64,000 nucleotides of DNA from Eledone cirrhosa (taxonomy: Eukaryota), in contig OZ024742.1 in the NCBI GenBank assembly GCA_964016885.1, positions 44,516,001 through 44,580,000 of the forward strand. The letters are read 5' to 3'. This document shows, one piece after another, positions 34,395 to 53,622 of the stretch. The notes beneath the pieces were generated by a model. The model was given only the letters and a program-made list of their open reading frames with translations. It was not told the DNA's origin and made no database searches. Every line of letters starts with the position of its first letter. Position 1 is the first letter of the stretch. The translations under genes were made by a program, and so were the position numbers.

Positions 34395-34830
34395 TGTATG
34401 GCGTCAGACTGAGTATCAATATTAAGTAAAGGAAGAGAGAGACGGTATCACATAGTCAACATTGTTTTATTCCATTACATCATCCAGTTATGCAAATTTT
34501 GAAGGTACAGAAATGTCATTATTCAACAATTATTCAATAAGTTTTCATCAGACAGGCAGTTCGAATGTAAATAGAATAAAGTTTGCTTTTGTTGATATGC
34601 TGCTATGGTGTTCAGAAATGGTGAGATGCAAACACATCAATCATGGCAATATATAAACAAAAGCAAATTTTAAATTTATTTACATTCGAAATGCCTATCT
34701 AATAAAAACGTATGGAGTACTCATTGATTAACGACATTTCTGTAACTTCAAAATACGTATCACAGGATGATATAATGGAATAAAATGATGTTGAATATGT
34801 GATACCATCGCTTTTCAATACCTTAATATA
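34395..34830. mobile_element. Old fold-back element of about 430 bp
   Basis: ggtatcacata..ttttattccatta..ttcgaatgtaaata mirrored by tatttacattcgaa..taatggaataaaa..tatgtgatacc. Confidence 0.65.
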
Positions 34831-34840
34831 CATGTATATA

Positions 34841-35199
34841 CAGTAGAATTTGGCGAACACCATATGAAGTTGTGCATTAATTTATTCAGCTATTTATATA
34901 TATTTCTCCAGGGTCGACAAGTAGATGATGGGATTTCCATGCAGCCATCAGTCCTAGTGTTGGAGAGGGGTAGAAATCATATGAGAGTTGGCTAGCTTAA
35001 TGGCCAACATGCTATATGCTGGCCCTTCATATCGATAAACTTTACAAGCTGCTTGATTTTATCTCCGAATGCTATATGATGAACTCGGGCAGATGGTTGC
35101 ATGGAAATCAGACAACCTAATCGTCGACCCCACAGAAATATGTGTAATAGCTAAATATATGTATGCACAACTTCGTATGGCCTTCACCAATATTTACTG
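34841..35199. mobile_element. Tc1/mariner-pogo-type MITE
   Basis: TA|cagta..ccatatgaagttgtgcat / atgcacaacttcgtatgg..tactg|TA. Confidence 0.75.
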
Positions 35200-35312
35200 T
35201 ATGTATACTCCACCTTGACTACAAAAATGAACAAGGATTGGTCCATGCCATCAAGTACTCTGTTCTAACACCATTAACTGATTGGAGTGTGGATTGCACA
35301 AATCTAGTCAGT

Positions 35313-39640
<4,328 letters not shown>

Positions 39641-40239
39641 AAATGCGACAAAATATAAATTACATTAATTATATAACAAAATGATGAATGATACTACAAA
39701 GAAATGCAAATTTATGTAAAACTACTAAGTCAAATCCAAAGTGTTTTGAGAGAAAGAGAGCAAAAACAAAAAAAAAAATATCAAAAAAAAGAAGAAAGAA
39801 AAACCAATCTATACAAGGAAGAGAAACAATGTGTTTTTTTTAAATCCTTAAATTTTCATATTATTATTTATTTATTTCTACTTTTAACTTTGACTTTTTA
39901 GTTTTGAATTTGGACTTTTCAGTTTTGAATTAAAAAAAAAAAAAAAAAAAAAAAATTTGAGAAATTTTTAGCTTATATTCTACATTGTATGGTTCATTGA
40001 ACTTAAGATGATGATGATGATGATCATTATCATAACGTTGATGAGATTTGCTTATGAAGAAGAAAAAGAAAAAATACTATGAAGAAAGAAACATACTTTC
40101 ACCTCAAAACTGTCTTAATTTTTCTTATACAATTCTTTTTTTTTATTGTTGTTATTAATTTTAATAATCAACTGTACCCCCTTCCCCACCAATTTTATGG
40201 CTTTTTGCCGATATCAGATATCATTGTTGTTATTATTAT

Positions 40240-40779
40240 TATTGCAGTGGACAACAGAATTGGTAGAGCATTGGACTAATTACCATGTGGTATTATTTAG
40301 TTATGTCGGTTTATATTCTGAGTTCAAATCCTACCGAGGTCAACTTTGCCTTTCATCCTTGCAGGTTTGATAAAATAAAGTACCAGTAAACTACTGGGGT
40401 TGATTCAATTGACTTTACCTTTTCCCCAAATTTGTGACCTTGTGCCTATGTTGAAACCTTTATTATCATTATCATTGTTTTTATCATTATTATTATTATT
40501 ATGAGGGTGGGTGTGTAGCAAGTACGGTAAAGTGGCCCAATTGATAAATGAGCAAATAAAAAATGCCTTTTGGTATTTCTTTACATCCCTTCATGTGAGT
40601 TCAAATCTCATCAAGATCAAATTTTACTTTTATATATCTGAGAGAAAGGGATCAACAGATAAGTACTTGTGAAGTACTGAGTTTTAAAATTAGATGACTG
40701 TACCCCTTCCACCTAACCTCTAGTCTGGTGCCTATATTAGAAATCATCACTATTAATATTCTTATATTACCATTATTAC

Positions 40780-40810
<31 letters not shown>

Positions 40811-41250
40811 TTATACTTGAAGGTGATGGATTGGCAGAGTCAGAGCATTGGACAAATGCTTTGCATTATTTGTTCTGAGTTTTTTTACTTTCTCAAATCA
40901 ACTTTGCCTTTCATCCTTCAGTGTTGATGAAATAAAGTACCAGTTGAGTACTGGGGTCGATATAATCGATTTTCCCCTCACCACAAACTTTTGGCCTCAT
41001 GCCGAAATAAAAAAATTATTATTTTATACTTGTTTTAGTAAGGTCAATGGATTGACAGAATTGGTAGAGTATAGGATAAATTGACTTGCAGTTTTTAGTT
41101 ATAACCATTTACATTCTGAGTTCAAATTCTGCCACGGTCAACTTTGCCTTTTATCCTTCCGGTGTCAATAAAACAAGGTACCAGTCAAGTACTTAGGTTG
41201 ATCTAGCCGACTTCCCCAAAATTTATTACCTTGTGCCTATGTTCAAAATC
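40240..41250 (+). mobile_element. Cluster of four same-orientation Meta-like SINEs separated by (ATT)n
   Basis: gagttcaaat..caactttgcctttcatcc core at about 40320, 40600, 40900 and 41120. Confidence 0.75.
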
Positions 41251-42370
41251 ACTGTTGTTGTTATTATTCTCTCCTGAAGATTGTTTTTATGAAAAAGATT
41301 CTTTTTACATTTTTTCTTGTTTTCTTTGTCTTTTTGATTTACTTCTGAAGATTATTATGGTCTATATTAAACAATTTTTTAAAACTTTCAACTTTCCCTC
41401 TCTCAATACCCAAACACAGAACTTATCAAACTTTTCAGATTGGCAACACACTTTTTAAAATAACATTTTTCATGACACTTTAAGTTTCACCAGTTACGTG
41501 TCTAATTATACACAGAATTGTCAAATCTTAAATAAACTTTACAGCCAATACATCTAGATATTATTGGTGACACACTAAAGTGTTGTGATACATTAAAGTG
41601 TTATGACACAGCTAGAGATTATTGGTGACACACTAAAGTGTTGCAACACACCTAGATATTATTGGCAACACATTATATTGTTACAACGCACCTATAGATT
41701 ATCAGCAACACACTATAATGTCACAACGCACATAGAGTTTATTGGTGACATACTTAGGTATTGCAACATGTTTAGAAATTATTAATAACACATTGAAGTG
41801 TGTTGACACACAATTTAGAAACTTCTGCCATAACATATGCAGTCTAAACAAATATATGATAAACTATAAATTAAAAAGCCCTAGCAAATACAAATATAAG
41901 GGATTAAGCCCCAACCCCACTACCTACAAAAAAATGTCCTTCTCTACTCCAAATAACTATAATTAAACTAATAATTATTATTTCTGTATAAAGTTTGGCA
42001 AATCTTTCTAATTGTGAACATTGTTAGTAGGCTGTGAGCTAAAGATGATGTAAGTTAGGGTTATGAACAGTGGAGCCATGGGGGTTGCACGGTTGTGATA
42101 GAAGACAGTGGGTGGTGGTGGTGGTAGTAGACTTCATGAAGAGCCAGATCTGAGAGACTTGTCCCTTGCCCTTGCTATATTTTGGGTGTTTCTTGATTCC
42201 TTGGTTGCAAAAGTGAACTTGTTTCACTTTGTTTCATTTCACCTACTTCTCAACTGCTCTTTGATGATAAGGCATGACCATCATATAGTCCTTCCCCTCT
42301 GCTATAAATTTGTGTGACCCTTGTGCCCCAAGGAAGAAACTGTTACTAACTAAAACTGTCAACTTGATAA

Positions 42371-42615
42371 CCCTTTTGATATTGACCTTCCTGAAACCAC
42401 CCTGGTTTTATGGTACAAAACTGCTTATTTTAAAATATTGATACTTATACTAAAACCTTCTGTCATAATTTTATTTAAGAAATTTTTATTAAGTAGTGTT
42501 TCAAACATCAGCTTACTAATGAAAAGGTTAATTATCTCCTTAAATTCTTCAAATTTTCAAAATTAATTCAAAGACATAGGCAGTGTATTTCATTAGAAAT
42601 ATAGTAACAAAAGGG
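42371..42615. mobile_element. piggyBac-type MITE
   Basis: taa|cccttttg..caaaaggg|ttaa; related inverted fragments near 45900-46050 and 48560-48775. Confidence 0.55.
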
Positions 42616-44099
42616 TTAATGCCATTGATAGAGCCATGGTAGGTCTCTACTAATTTCAATCCCCCTTCATTTTATTTGCAGTCTAATGTACCTGAGAGAG
42701 GCATGAATACCACATAATTCCAATTTTTTCCAATTTTCTCAACTCTGAATTTCCGATTTTGTGTGTTCAGGAGTTTTCACAATTTCAGCTTTCATCATTG
42801 CTTAATTATAAGCTGAAACTTTAGCAGATCCTTACTCAAAATCTAACCTTAACTTGAACTTTGATCAAAAAGCACAAACCTAAACTTTAAGCCTAAATCT
42901 TAAATTCTAATCTCTAAAACCAAATATAAATAAGGCCTGAACTCGAAAACAGGATTTTAATCAAATATATCTGATTATAATGGGAGAGGTAAGGATGACA
43001 AGGTTTGAATAGATTTCATCTTCTCATGAGTAGGGAACATAAAATTTTTTATATTCAATAGTTAAACCCTTAATGTCCTGTACCACATAAAACCACATTA
43101 GCAAGTCACCCTGAAAAATTAAAAATAGCACTGTTTGCATTACATTAAATATTTCAGCTGTTATTTTAACTACAAATTTTCCCAACAATATCTTTGTTAG
43201 TAAATATCTTATAAACATTTAAATTAACAGACTAGTTTTTAAATTTTTGTGCTAAATCATTACAGGATGTTAAAAGTTAACAACAAATTGTTAACTGAAT
43301 TCTTAAAGATCACACAAAGTTTGACTTCATTTCCCACAGGACATGTGTATATAAAAATTTCTATATATGCAACGATGATCATTGGGTGAAGAAGTGCCAG
43401 AAGTTCCAAGTGGACAGAAGCTGTTGAAGAAGAAGAACAAGAAAGACATGAACAGTGGTGGCAAGACCTTAAACATAAATATATTCTCTTCAGAAAATAA
43501 ATTTTACACTCTGCCCACATGTATTGAGTGCTCATTCAGTTAATATTTTAATATTTAGAGTATACTAGTGTTTATAACACCCACTGCAGTATATATTCAT
43601 GTATACATACACACACTTATAATTCTTGACACACTTGTAGACATTTATAGCAGTACTGAGACTACTCTCATTACTAGTCAGAGTATTGTGAGTATTGCTG
43701 GTCATGTAAATGGTTTCTGTTGTTTTATATATGCTATTTATAACATACTATAAGTTGGTTAGTCATTAAAAAAATAACATAAATAGAATATATATATATA
43801 TATATATATATCAAAATAATTGTATCAAAATAATGTTTGTGTGTGTGTATATATATACATCTATATACATATATACATATGATCTGCATTATCCTCGTGC
43901 TGGTAATAGGTTGGATGGGTCATCAGAGACCAAGCCAATACTTAATTGGAGCCACTCACCTCTCAGACAGGCTGAGGGAAGGACTTTACTTCAAGCATGT
44001 TATTATAACCATTATAAGGTCTTTTTTGAGGCAATGTTTTATGGCCCGATGTCTATCCTGGTGCCAACCCTTTTAGTCACTTCTTATAAACATGCAGAA

Positions 44100-44480
44100 A
44101 CACTGTGTACTTACTTTAAACTGGATATACATACTGAATGTTGTGAAGAGAAATTGAATGTGATGGTTGGGATTATGTGTTGAAGAATGATGAAAGTTAC
44201 TCAGTGAACAGAGTGACAAAAATAGAGCTAGTGATGAATGTTGTCAAGAGAAATGGAATGAGATAGTTGGATCATATGTTGAGGAAAGATGAAAGTGACA
44301 GGGTGACAGGAGTGGTGGAGATGAATGTGGAAGGAAGTAGAAGAAAGGGAAGAAAAATATGGCTAAAAATAAAATGATGGAGGAGGAAATGAAAGTTGGT
44401 GCAAAGGATAAGAGAAAATGGAAATGGTTGTCATGGGGCCCAAAGCTAACCTCTGTTTTACCAGGGAAAATAGCCTTAAA
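44100..44480 (+). mobile_element. Highly decayed RTE 3' fragment
   Basis: HMLRKDESDRVTGVVEMNVEGSRRKGR-like reading and ccagggaaaatagccttaaa tail. Confidence 0.5.
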
Positions 44481-44601
44481 ATGCTTGTTGTGTGTAGCAT
44501 TGTCTTTGAGTCATGGTTTGTTGACTGAACTGAAAGGGAGACAGAAGTTATCTTTTTGTTGCATTGTACTTGGTACACAGAATTCCCTTTTTATTCTATA
44601 C

Positions 44602-44942
44602 CAGTGTTTCTCAAACTCTTTTTTGGACTATCACCCCATTTTAAGAAATATATTTCATCAGTCTCCTCCCCACCAACACACACTCACTGTAAAGTTGATA
44701 AAAGATCATACATTTAAAATTAAATTTTAATATTTTAAACCTTTTTTTCTATTCAAGAATTTGTTAAATAATTGAAGGTGACAGTTTTACCTGCAACTAA
44801 TTATTTGTATTTATTGCACTCTTCCTTCTTCTATTATTCCTTGCCTTCTGTCCCACCCTTAATGTACCCTTGCCTTTCAGTGCCCATCTTGAGTCTCCCA
44901 GTGCCCTCTAGGGGGTGCTAATACCCATTTTGGAAATCACTA
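44602..44942. mobile_element. hAT-type MITE (decayed)
   Basis: cagtgtttctcaaa / tttggaaatcacta termini. Confidence 0.5.
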
Positions 44943-46369
44943 TTCAATATCAATAATCTGAATAACACCCCCACCCATGTACCCACCACATATAACTCAC
45001 CTACCCAACTAAACCAAAAAAGTAATTTACATGGTATTTTGACCTGTGAGAAATGACAGCAACATCATTCATCAAATCACACTATACCCCATAAAGAACA
45101 TAAATCAATTTAAATAATATAATCCAAGATGAATTACATCTGAAAACAAGACAGGATGGTCATTGTTGGAATGTTTTTGATTATAGGACTAGCCTGGCCT
45201 CTGGGTTAGTAAACAGCTACCTAAACAGAATAAAATAATTAAATACTCTCTTCCTTTATCAAAACAAAAATTCCTTTTGCTTATTTGCAAACTATGATAA
45301 AAAGCATTCCTATGTCCATTATACCCTTGCTCCTCCTACTCCACTCCCCCCACACCACACACTATTTCCTTCTCCTGACCTCTAGCTTGTCCAAAAACAT
45401 TTACTATTCTCTACCCCACCCCACTTTCTCCATCAGCTTACTACTATGATAAATTCACCCAAAGCACTACCAAGACTAGTGGCCAATTTTTACACACCCT
45501 GCTGCTCAGATGAATGCATGAACACCTCAAAATCATATTCATTCCCCTTCAGCTCCATCTATTTGTACCATAAATTTTCAGCTTTAGGGTCCCCAAACAA
45601 TGAAAATAAACACCATCTGTTAACCAGTGCTGAATGATAGAGAGAGAAAAGATGAAGTTCCTCACTGGCCAAGACATTATGACAGTTTCAGTCCTGTGGT
45701 TGTATCTAATTCGCTTCACTCACTCATATCACAAATAAATGTTCTTGTTGAAAAAGCTGTCACCTCTTGCTTGCAATATCTTTTTCACATTCCAGCATTT
45801 AATTATTTTATCATATTTCTAATAAAACACAGTGCTTATGATTTTGAAATAATTTTGAAACATAATAGAAAATTTGGAGGGATTTTCGAATATAATTAAC
45901 TTTCTCGTTATTTATCTAGTATTTGGAACAACACAAAGTTTCCTACATAAAATTATAATGGAAGGCCTTAAGATATATATAAACATTTAAAAACAGTTTT
46001 GTATTGTAGAACTAAGGTTGGTTTCAAGTAGTTTGGTATCAAAAGAGTTAAATGTACTCCCCACACATACACACAAAGTAAAACTTTGTTTATACTTTGT
46101 GTGGTTTAACTACTGGTACAATTAAATGAAGGTTTAGTAAGGAGTTAACAGGTATTATTGCCAGGAATGTTAGCCTGTGAGGATCTATGTTGATGATGAT
46201 GATGATAATAATAATAATTGTTTCTACTTTTGGTACAAGGCTGTAAATTATAATCAATTTGGTGTGTTAACTGGTTTACCAATGTATACAGTGAATTTAG
46301 TTGCCCTAAGTGTCAGGAGGATATTCAGCATATAATGGAAACAATACTGAAGCTAAAGGAAAAACAATA

Positions 46370-46580
46370 AAAATAATAATAATGATTTCTATATTGACCA
46401 CAAGGACCCACATATAGGGGACAATACAAAAAGACAGGGACAGTGGGGGTTTACAATAAAATCAAGTAAAAATAAAGTAACTAAAACAACATTAAAATTA
46501 CAACAATGAAATTCCCTAATAAGGGGGAGAACCACCCAGGGGCGACTCAGGTACCTCACCAATCATGAACCACCCATCAC
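46370..46580 (-). mobile_element. Tx1/L1-type 3' end fragment abutting (TAA)n
   Basis: Similar to 62266-62430 (aatg.tttct.tatt.accacaagg..gacaataca..aata.gggggaga). Confidence 0.5.
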
Positions 46581-46867
46581 TTTGAGGGCAATAATGATGG
46601 CCAGTAATTTGTGGGAAAAGAAAATTTGATTAAATCTACCCCAGTATATGACTGGTATTTTAGTTTATCGCTTTAGAATTAAGAAATGCCAAGTTAACCA
46701 CAGTGAGATTTGAGCTGAGTATGTCAAGGGACATACTAAGTATTACAAAGCTATTTGTAAAGCACAGTAACATATGTGTTAGTTGATTGTCTTTGTTAAT
46801 GGTAATAATATCTGCACCACACATACTCTACATAGGTCCACATCTGGTCCTATATCAAAACTCACAT

Positions 46868-47514
46868 AATCACACAATACAACCTTGTATTAATAGATGA
46901 CATAAACCACACAACACAACCTTGTAGCAGTATATGACATAAACCACATAACACAACATTGTATTAATATATGATATAAACCACACAACACAACTTTGTA
47001 TTAATATATGACATAAACCACACAACACAACCTTGTATTAATATATGACATAAACCACACAACACAACCTTGTATGATATATGACATAAACCACACAACA
47101 CAACCTTGTATTAATATATGACATAAACCACACAACACAACCTTGTATTAATATATGACATAAACCACACAACACAACCTTGTATTAATATATGACATAA
47201 ACCACACAACACAACCTTGTATTAATAGATGACATAAACCACACAACACAACCTTGTAGTAATATATGACATAAACCACATAACACAACCTTGTATTAAT
47301 AGATGACATAAACCACACAACACAACCTTGTAGTAATATATGACATAAACCACACAACACAACCTTGTATTAATAGATGACATAAACCACACAACACAAC
47401 CTTGTAGTAATATATGACATAAACCACATAACACAACCTTGTATTAATAGATGACATAAACCACACAACACAACCTTGTAGTAATATATGACATAAACCA
47501 CACAACACAACCTT
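46868..47514. repeat. Minisatellite, 37-bp unit, about 17 copies
   Basis: accttgta(t/g)taata(t/g)atgacataaaccaca(c/t)aacaca. Confidence 0.97.
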
Positions 47515-47758
47515 CATATATACATACTCTACACCATCCAACAAAGTAACGCAACACATACTGTCACCACCCAACAAAATAACATAACACACACTACACA
47601 CATGTGGAACACAAAAGACTAAACACTAAAATAATACCAGAAACAAGAAAACAAACCCTACAACAAAGCAAAACAGATTTAACATACAAATACATTTTAT
47701 ATAAAGTTACACAGCCCTCAGAAATATAGAGGTGCACAGAGGTTCACACAAAACTATT

Positions 47759-47793
<35 letters not shown>

Positions 47794-49675
47794 TGTTTCT
47801 ACTTTTGGCACAAGGCCAGCAATTACCCAATGCATTACTGGTACTTTATTCTATCGACCCAGGAAGGATGAAAGGCAAAATAATAATATATTGTTATTAT
47901 TATTATTGCTAATGCTCTGGTGGAACATATGAACATACAACTTTTCCTTTTCCCTAAAAATATCAGATCTTTGTGCCTCATAAAAGAGAAAAGCAAATAT
48001 TTGTTATGTATAAAGCTTGTTTCTTTTTTAAATTTATGTCTGAAGAGGGGAAGGAGCAGTACCCTTAGCTTTTGCAAGCCCTCCCTGACTGGTGAGGTTG
48101 ATGCCCGACCTGAACTTCTGTAGGGACAGGGAAGAAAGTTAGAGAGGGGTATGATTCTGTGCAAGAAAGATTAGATCAACGTACAGGATTTGTATGGTTT
48201 GTCAAGACATAGTGGAGGAATGATTGGAAAATGAGGCATGTGAATGTGTGTGCAACAGTGAAACATAATTCTAAATTTAATTATGGTGGGAGTCTGGGCC
48301 ATATTAACCCATGACAAGCCTCTAAAGATTTCAGGTGTTTAGGGGCCTCTTTAACCATAAAAAATTAATGATGGGCTCCTAGTCTTCCGTCTAGTTAGCT
48401 GTATGAATAATATGGCCCTGGTGGGAGTGTCTGTTGTTGAAGAGAGTAGAGGAGACAGTGCATTTATAATATTATAGTGTAGCTCTGTAGTAGAGGTGGT
48501 ATGAGACGGCAGGCTAAGTTCACAGGAAAAGTAACTGCTATAACCATTTTAGTACTACATTTCTAATAAAATACGCTGTACTTGAATTTTTTACTGTAGA
48601 ATTTCAAGGGGTTTTCTAAAATTATTTCAATTATTAACATGGTATTTATAACATAACTGAAGGTTCTTATATAACATTATACTGGAAGATTTTAATTTAA
48701 ATCAAAACCGTTTAAAATGGGTGGATTTGTGCCATAGCAACAGAGACAGTTTAGGCTGGGTTGGTATCAAAAGAAGTTGTAACAGTATAACATATTAAGG
48801 GAAGATACACTGTGATCAGAGATTAATGGTGTTCTGTATAAGGGTTGTAGTGTAGTTCCAGAGCGAGAGAAGTAAATGGTTTATTAGTTCAGAAGAACAG
48901 GAATTGTAGAAGATAGAAGTGTAAATATAACAGTGTTTCAGTGAGGACAGTTGCTGTGATGTTATGGTATAGAACTGAAGTTAGGACAGTATACAGTCCT
49001 GGTAGAAATAAATGATAGGAAGATGATGAAGTGTTTCAGTGAGTTTGTGGTTAAAACCCAGTGGTGAACAGCTTGTTAGCCAAGAGGAGTGAGAATGGTT
49101 GTACTAGTGGTAAAAATGATAGAGAGGTGATATACTATTTCAGTGAGTTAGTTGTTATATCCTTGTGGTAGGGCAACAATGGTGTTTTGCTTGCTAGCAA
49201 AGTGAAGCAAGGATAGTTATGCTTGTGGCAGAAATGATAGAGAGGTGATATACTATTTCGGTGAGTTAGTGCTTATAACTTAGTGGTTGTAATGGTAGTG
49301 ATTCTAGTGGTAGTGATTGAGCAAGATTGATACACAGTTTACTGGTTCAAAGGAGCGTATATTGTTGTAGTGGTCATATAAGAGGTAGAGGGATGAATGG
49401 CAGTGTTTGTAGCAGTGGTAGAAGAGATAAAGGGGGTGGGGATAGAGGTATATATGGTATATATATATTAAATATACATAAGTCTTGCTGGGAGTATTCT
49501 AAGCTGTAATCATATCACAGCTACACCAGTAACCATGTGAGAACACTGTAAACATGTAGTTCAGGATCATTAATCCATCATCTCTAGAGCACTTACTTGG
49601 CACTAAGGTAGAGAAGCTAATACTTTTTATATATAGATTAGCAGAACTGTTAGAGTGTTGGAAAAAATGCTTTAA

Positions 49676-49892
49676 CCCTTTAGCATTTAAACCGGCCATA
49701 TCTGGCCAGAATTCTCTCACCTTTTTCTATTCAAACCGACCATAACTGGCCACTCATACTGTTGTTAAGGTATTGTTCTCAAAATAAATAATATCAAAAT
49801 GTCATAGATTCGATATTATGTGAGATAATTATGTGAAATAAAGTGTTTACCATGAAAATATAATAGTATAGAGTAATATTAATGCTAAAGAG
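49676..49892. mobile_element. piggyBac-type MITE
   Basis: TTAA|ccctttagcatt..aatgctaaagag|TTAA. Confidence 0.75.
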
Positions 49893-50365
49893 TTAAGGTA
49901 TTTGTTCCAGAGTCAAGTGCTAAGGTCGATATAAATGACGATCCCTTCTCACCCAAATTGTCAGTTCCATGCCAAAATTAGAAACCATTAGTATTATTAT
50001 TATTGATGCTCTGAGTTCAATAACACCAAGTACAGCTTCAACTTTCCTATTTTGGGGGTCTATAAGATAATTGCTATCCAGGTTCTGGGACAATTTAATT
50101 ACTTGTAATCTTTCACCCCAAATTTGAATCTTTGAGTCTGTGTTAGAAAATATTTGACATGAGTAAAACATGCAGTGCCCACAACCCTTGCAAACACTCC
50201 CAGTCTAATGATGTTGTTGTGGTAGTGTTCAGCTCGACTTCTACCGGCTGATGTTGAGATGGTTTTCTTTTTCTTTTTTTTTTTTGTTCTTTTCCATGGG
50301 ATAGGAATGCACATATATGTGAGAGGGTAGCAGTTGTAGGGTGAAAGGGTTAGGCAATGAATTTA

Positions 50366-50436
<71 letters not shown>

Positions 50437-51576
50437 TATGCATGTATGTATGTTCTTCTGGTTTTATAAAAGTTTTTACCAATAGAGAGAGTCAGTTTCA
50501 ACCATAGTTACAAGACTCTCTCATTGGAATTTACACAACATCAACTAGGTAGATATATATGCATGTGTGTGCAGGTATGGATGTTAATGTATATGTGGAT
50601 GTGAATGTTTTGAGTTATATGTGTGCATGTGTATATGCTTTGCATCTGTACATGTGTAAATGCAGTTATTAGATGCAGAATTTTTGGAATGTTTTACATA
50701 TTTTTACTGTTCCTTTACTGGATTGTACTTGTAATTTCCTAACTAGTCATGTATGTATGTATGTATGTATGTATGTATGTATGTATGTATGTATGTATGT
50801 ATGTATGTATGTATGTGTGTATGTATTGAGCTGTAACTCCTGATGAAGTTGTAGGAGTGGTGTAGTGACATACATTGTGGAATTTTTGTGGAGTGTGAGG
50901 GACTGACTGAAGTGTGTGTATGTGTACATGTGTGTAAGACATAGTAGAGGAGTTAAAATGAGGGGTGAAGGCCTATAACCCTCTCCACCACATCCATTGC
51001 TTGAAAAAATGTACAGGCATTTGAACAAAGGTCAAAAGAAAAAAACTGGTATTTCTGTATTGTTTTTAGGCACCATGGGAGCCAAGAAACTAAAAAAAAG
51101 AAAAAAAGAAATGTTTCTAAACATTACAGTGGGTTATCTTTATGATTTGGTTGCAACTGTTCTACACTGTTCACAGCTTCCCTTTGGAAAGGCATGACCA
51201 TCAATACACCTCATTTCCTTCTGCTCAAATCTCATTAAAAAAAAACATGACAAAAAACAAAAACACTAATATTACTGTGATGTGTTGTGTTGAGGTTTTA
51301 TGGAGAAAAAAAGTTCTGCTGAGTTTCAATTTGACAGCAGGATGGGTTATACAATTTTTAAATTATTTTTTTTTAACTCCTGTTTGAAACCTATTCAGTT
51401 TATCTATGTATCTAACTACACTACTAATTGCCCACTTAAAAAAAGGCTGGCATGAACGTCACAAAATCCCATTCCACTCTACCTCCCACTCCCTTTCCTT
51501 CCAAATCTCATATATAGATCTGTGGACTTGTGCCTAAGTTAAAAAAAAAGAAAAAAGTCAAAAAGAAAGAAAAAGT

Positions 51577-51612
<36 letters not shown>

Positions 51613-52254
51613 TACATATAGTGACTGTTGTAGAATAAAAAAAGATAAAACTCCTGGCTGTGACTCATTTTGAACTCCTGGTGTTAAACCATTTCACTTC
51701 ATTTACAGCTAATATTTGACATTAGAGGAAAGGCATGAATGATGTAGAATCCCATTTTCCCTATTTCCCTTCTACTTTATATTCTAGTCTTTATGCCTGC
51801 CTAGCTATGAATTGTGGGGAAAACATACACAACCCCCAAATTTTGTAAAATACAATTTAGATGTTATTTAGATCTTTCTGGCATGATCTCTTCATGTCTA
51901 CACATGTTCCTAGTAGTCTTTCCTTATATATATATATATTTATTTTCCTGCTCACACATAACAAAAACATGTGACATCATGTGACAAACATGTAACAACA
52001 TGTGACAAATATGAAGCAAATATATTTGTTACCTGATACATTAGAAATTAGCAAGTTTCATTCAAAGCCTTGACTGAAAAAGGAGGGCAATCATTTTGAG
52101 GTGTGTGCCTGTGTGTGTGTATATATATATATATATATACACACACATATGCACATACATTATATATATGTATATATATACACACACACACATAGATATA
52201 AATTATGTATATACATACATACACACACACATAGATATATATTATTTATATACA

Positions 52255-52300
<46 letters not shown>

Positions 52301-52664
52301 GGTATATATTATGTATATACATATATACACACACAAATGTGTATATACATGCATGCATATATACATAATGTATATACTTATATACATACATATGCACACA
52401 TGTATGTATATATGTAGGTATATTTACACACATACATATACATACAAACATACGCATATACACACCTAAATATAATGCTATATATATAATTCCTGTATTT
52501 TTGTTCACGAGAACAAGGCTTACAGATACAAAATAAAGTACTCAATACTTGAGTGAGTAAAGTGTGTCATATTCTTTATTAGTCAACTGCTTTGCTTCTT
52601 TTTCAGAATTAATTGTTTAGAATTTCTTGACAAACTGTTTTAATGAATTAATGAAGAGAAAGTC

Positions 52665-52745
<81 letters not shown>

Positions 52746-52876
52746 GAGGTTATATTTAATTTGTTGGGATTCAACAAGCTTAAAAATGTTTATAACTGAT
52801 ATAAAGCACTCAACTGGTTAGTGGAGTAAATATACAATATATTAACAAATGGAAACTATATTTATAAAACCATATT

Positions 52877-52942
52877 TATTTTATTATACATATTTCAAGG
52901 GCCACCAAGGCAAATTATGGTGCGCTTTCATCAGATAAAATA
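52877..52942 (-). ncRNA. Minimal hammerhead ribozyme
   Basis: Minus strand: tattttat CTGATGA aagcgcacca..tggtggccctt GAAA tatgta TA ataaaata. Confidence 0.8.
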
Positions 52943-52986
52943 CAATACAGATTATCAATATTTAATTATAAAACTAATCTGTATTG

Positions 52987-53052
52987 TATTTTATCTGATG
53001 AAAGCGCACCATAATTTGCCTTGGTAGCCCTTGAAATATGTATAATAAAATA
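52987..53052 (+). ncRNA. Minimal hammerhead ribozyme
   Basis: tattttat CTGATGA aagcgcacca..tggtagccctt GAAA tatgta TA ataaaata. Confidence 0.78.
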
Positions 53053-53092
53053 AATATGGTTTTATAAATATAGTTTCCATTTGTTAATATAT

Positions 53093-53149
<57 letters not shown>

Positions 53150-53204
53150 ATACTTTGGGAGGGTCATTGAGAAACGAAATATATATATATATATATATAT
53201 ATAG

Positions 53205-53622
53205 TTGAAAGAATAGAGGTGTAACACACAAGTTATTATATATTGGTAAACGGAATAGAAAATGCTGACAAATTGTTCACAGTTGAAAAATGGTTTAATT
53301 AGGAATAAAAGAGTATTAGTGATTGTATGGGTTAGTATTCAGTTGTGGTTTTAAGTTTTTAAGTTTTTACCGGTTGCGCATTTCTAAATGCTTTTCAAAA
53401 ATAATTTTGAGATAGAGTGTCCGTGCTGTTTGCTCTAATCAGAGCAAACAGGACGGACACTCTATCTCAAAATTATTTTTGAAAAGCATTTAGAAATGCG
53501 CAACCGGTAAAAACTTAAAACCACAACTGAATACTAACCCATACAATCACTAATACTCTTTTATTCCTAATTAAACCATTTTTCAACTGTGAACAATTTG
53601 TCAGCATTTTCTATTCCGTTTA

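Larger units (their letters stand above)
52742..53095. mobile_element. Fold-back pLTR cassette (about 120-bp arms, tail on the left) with hammerheads on both strands
   Basis: 52834-52955 is inverted to 52975-53095; same family and same tail as 7181-9295. Confidence 0.8.

Noticed and set aside
41550-41810. Degenerate repeats tagatattattggtgacacactaaagtgttg as a structured array
   Set aside because: Old decayed minisatellite with irregular period; no further structure is supportable.
53430-53510. GAAA tgcgca in the 53205-53630 cassette as a hammerhead
   Set aside because: Followed by AC rather than UH, and no CUGANGA at a suitable position.
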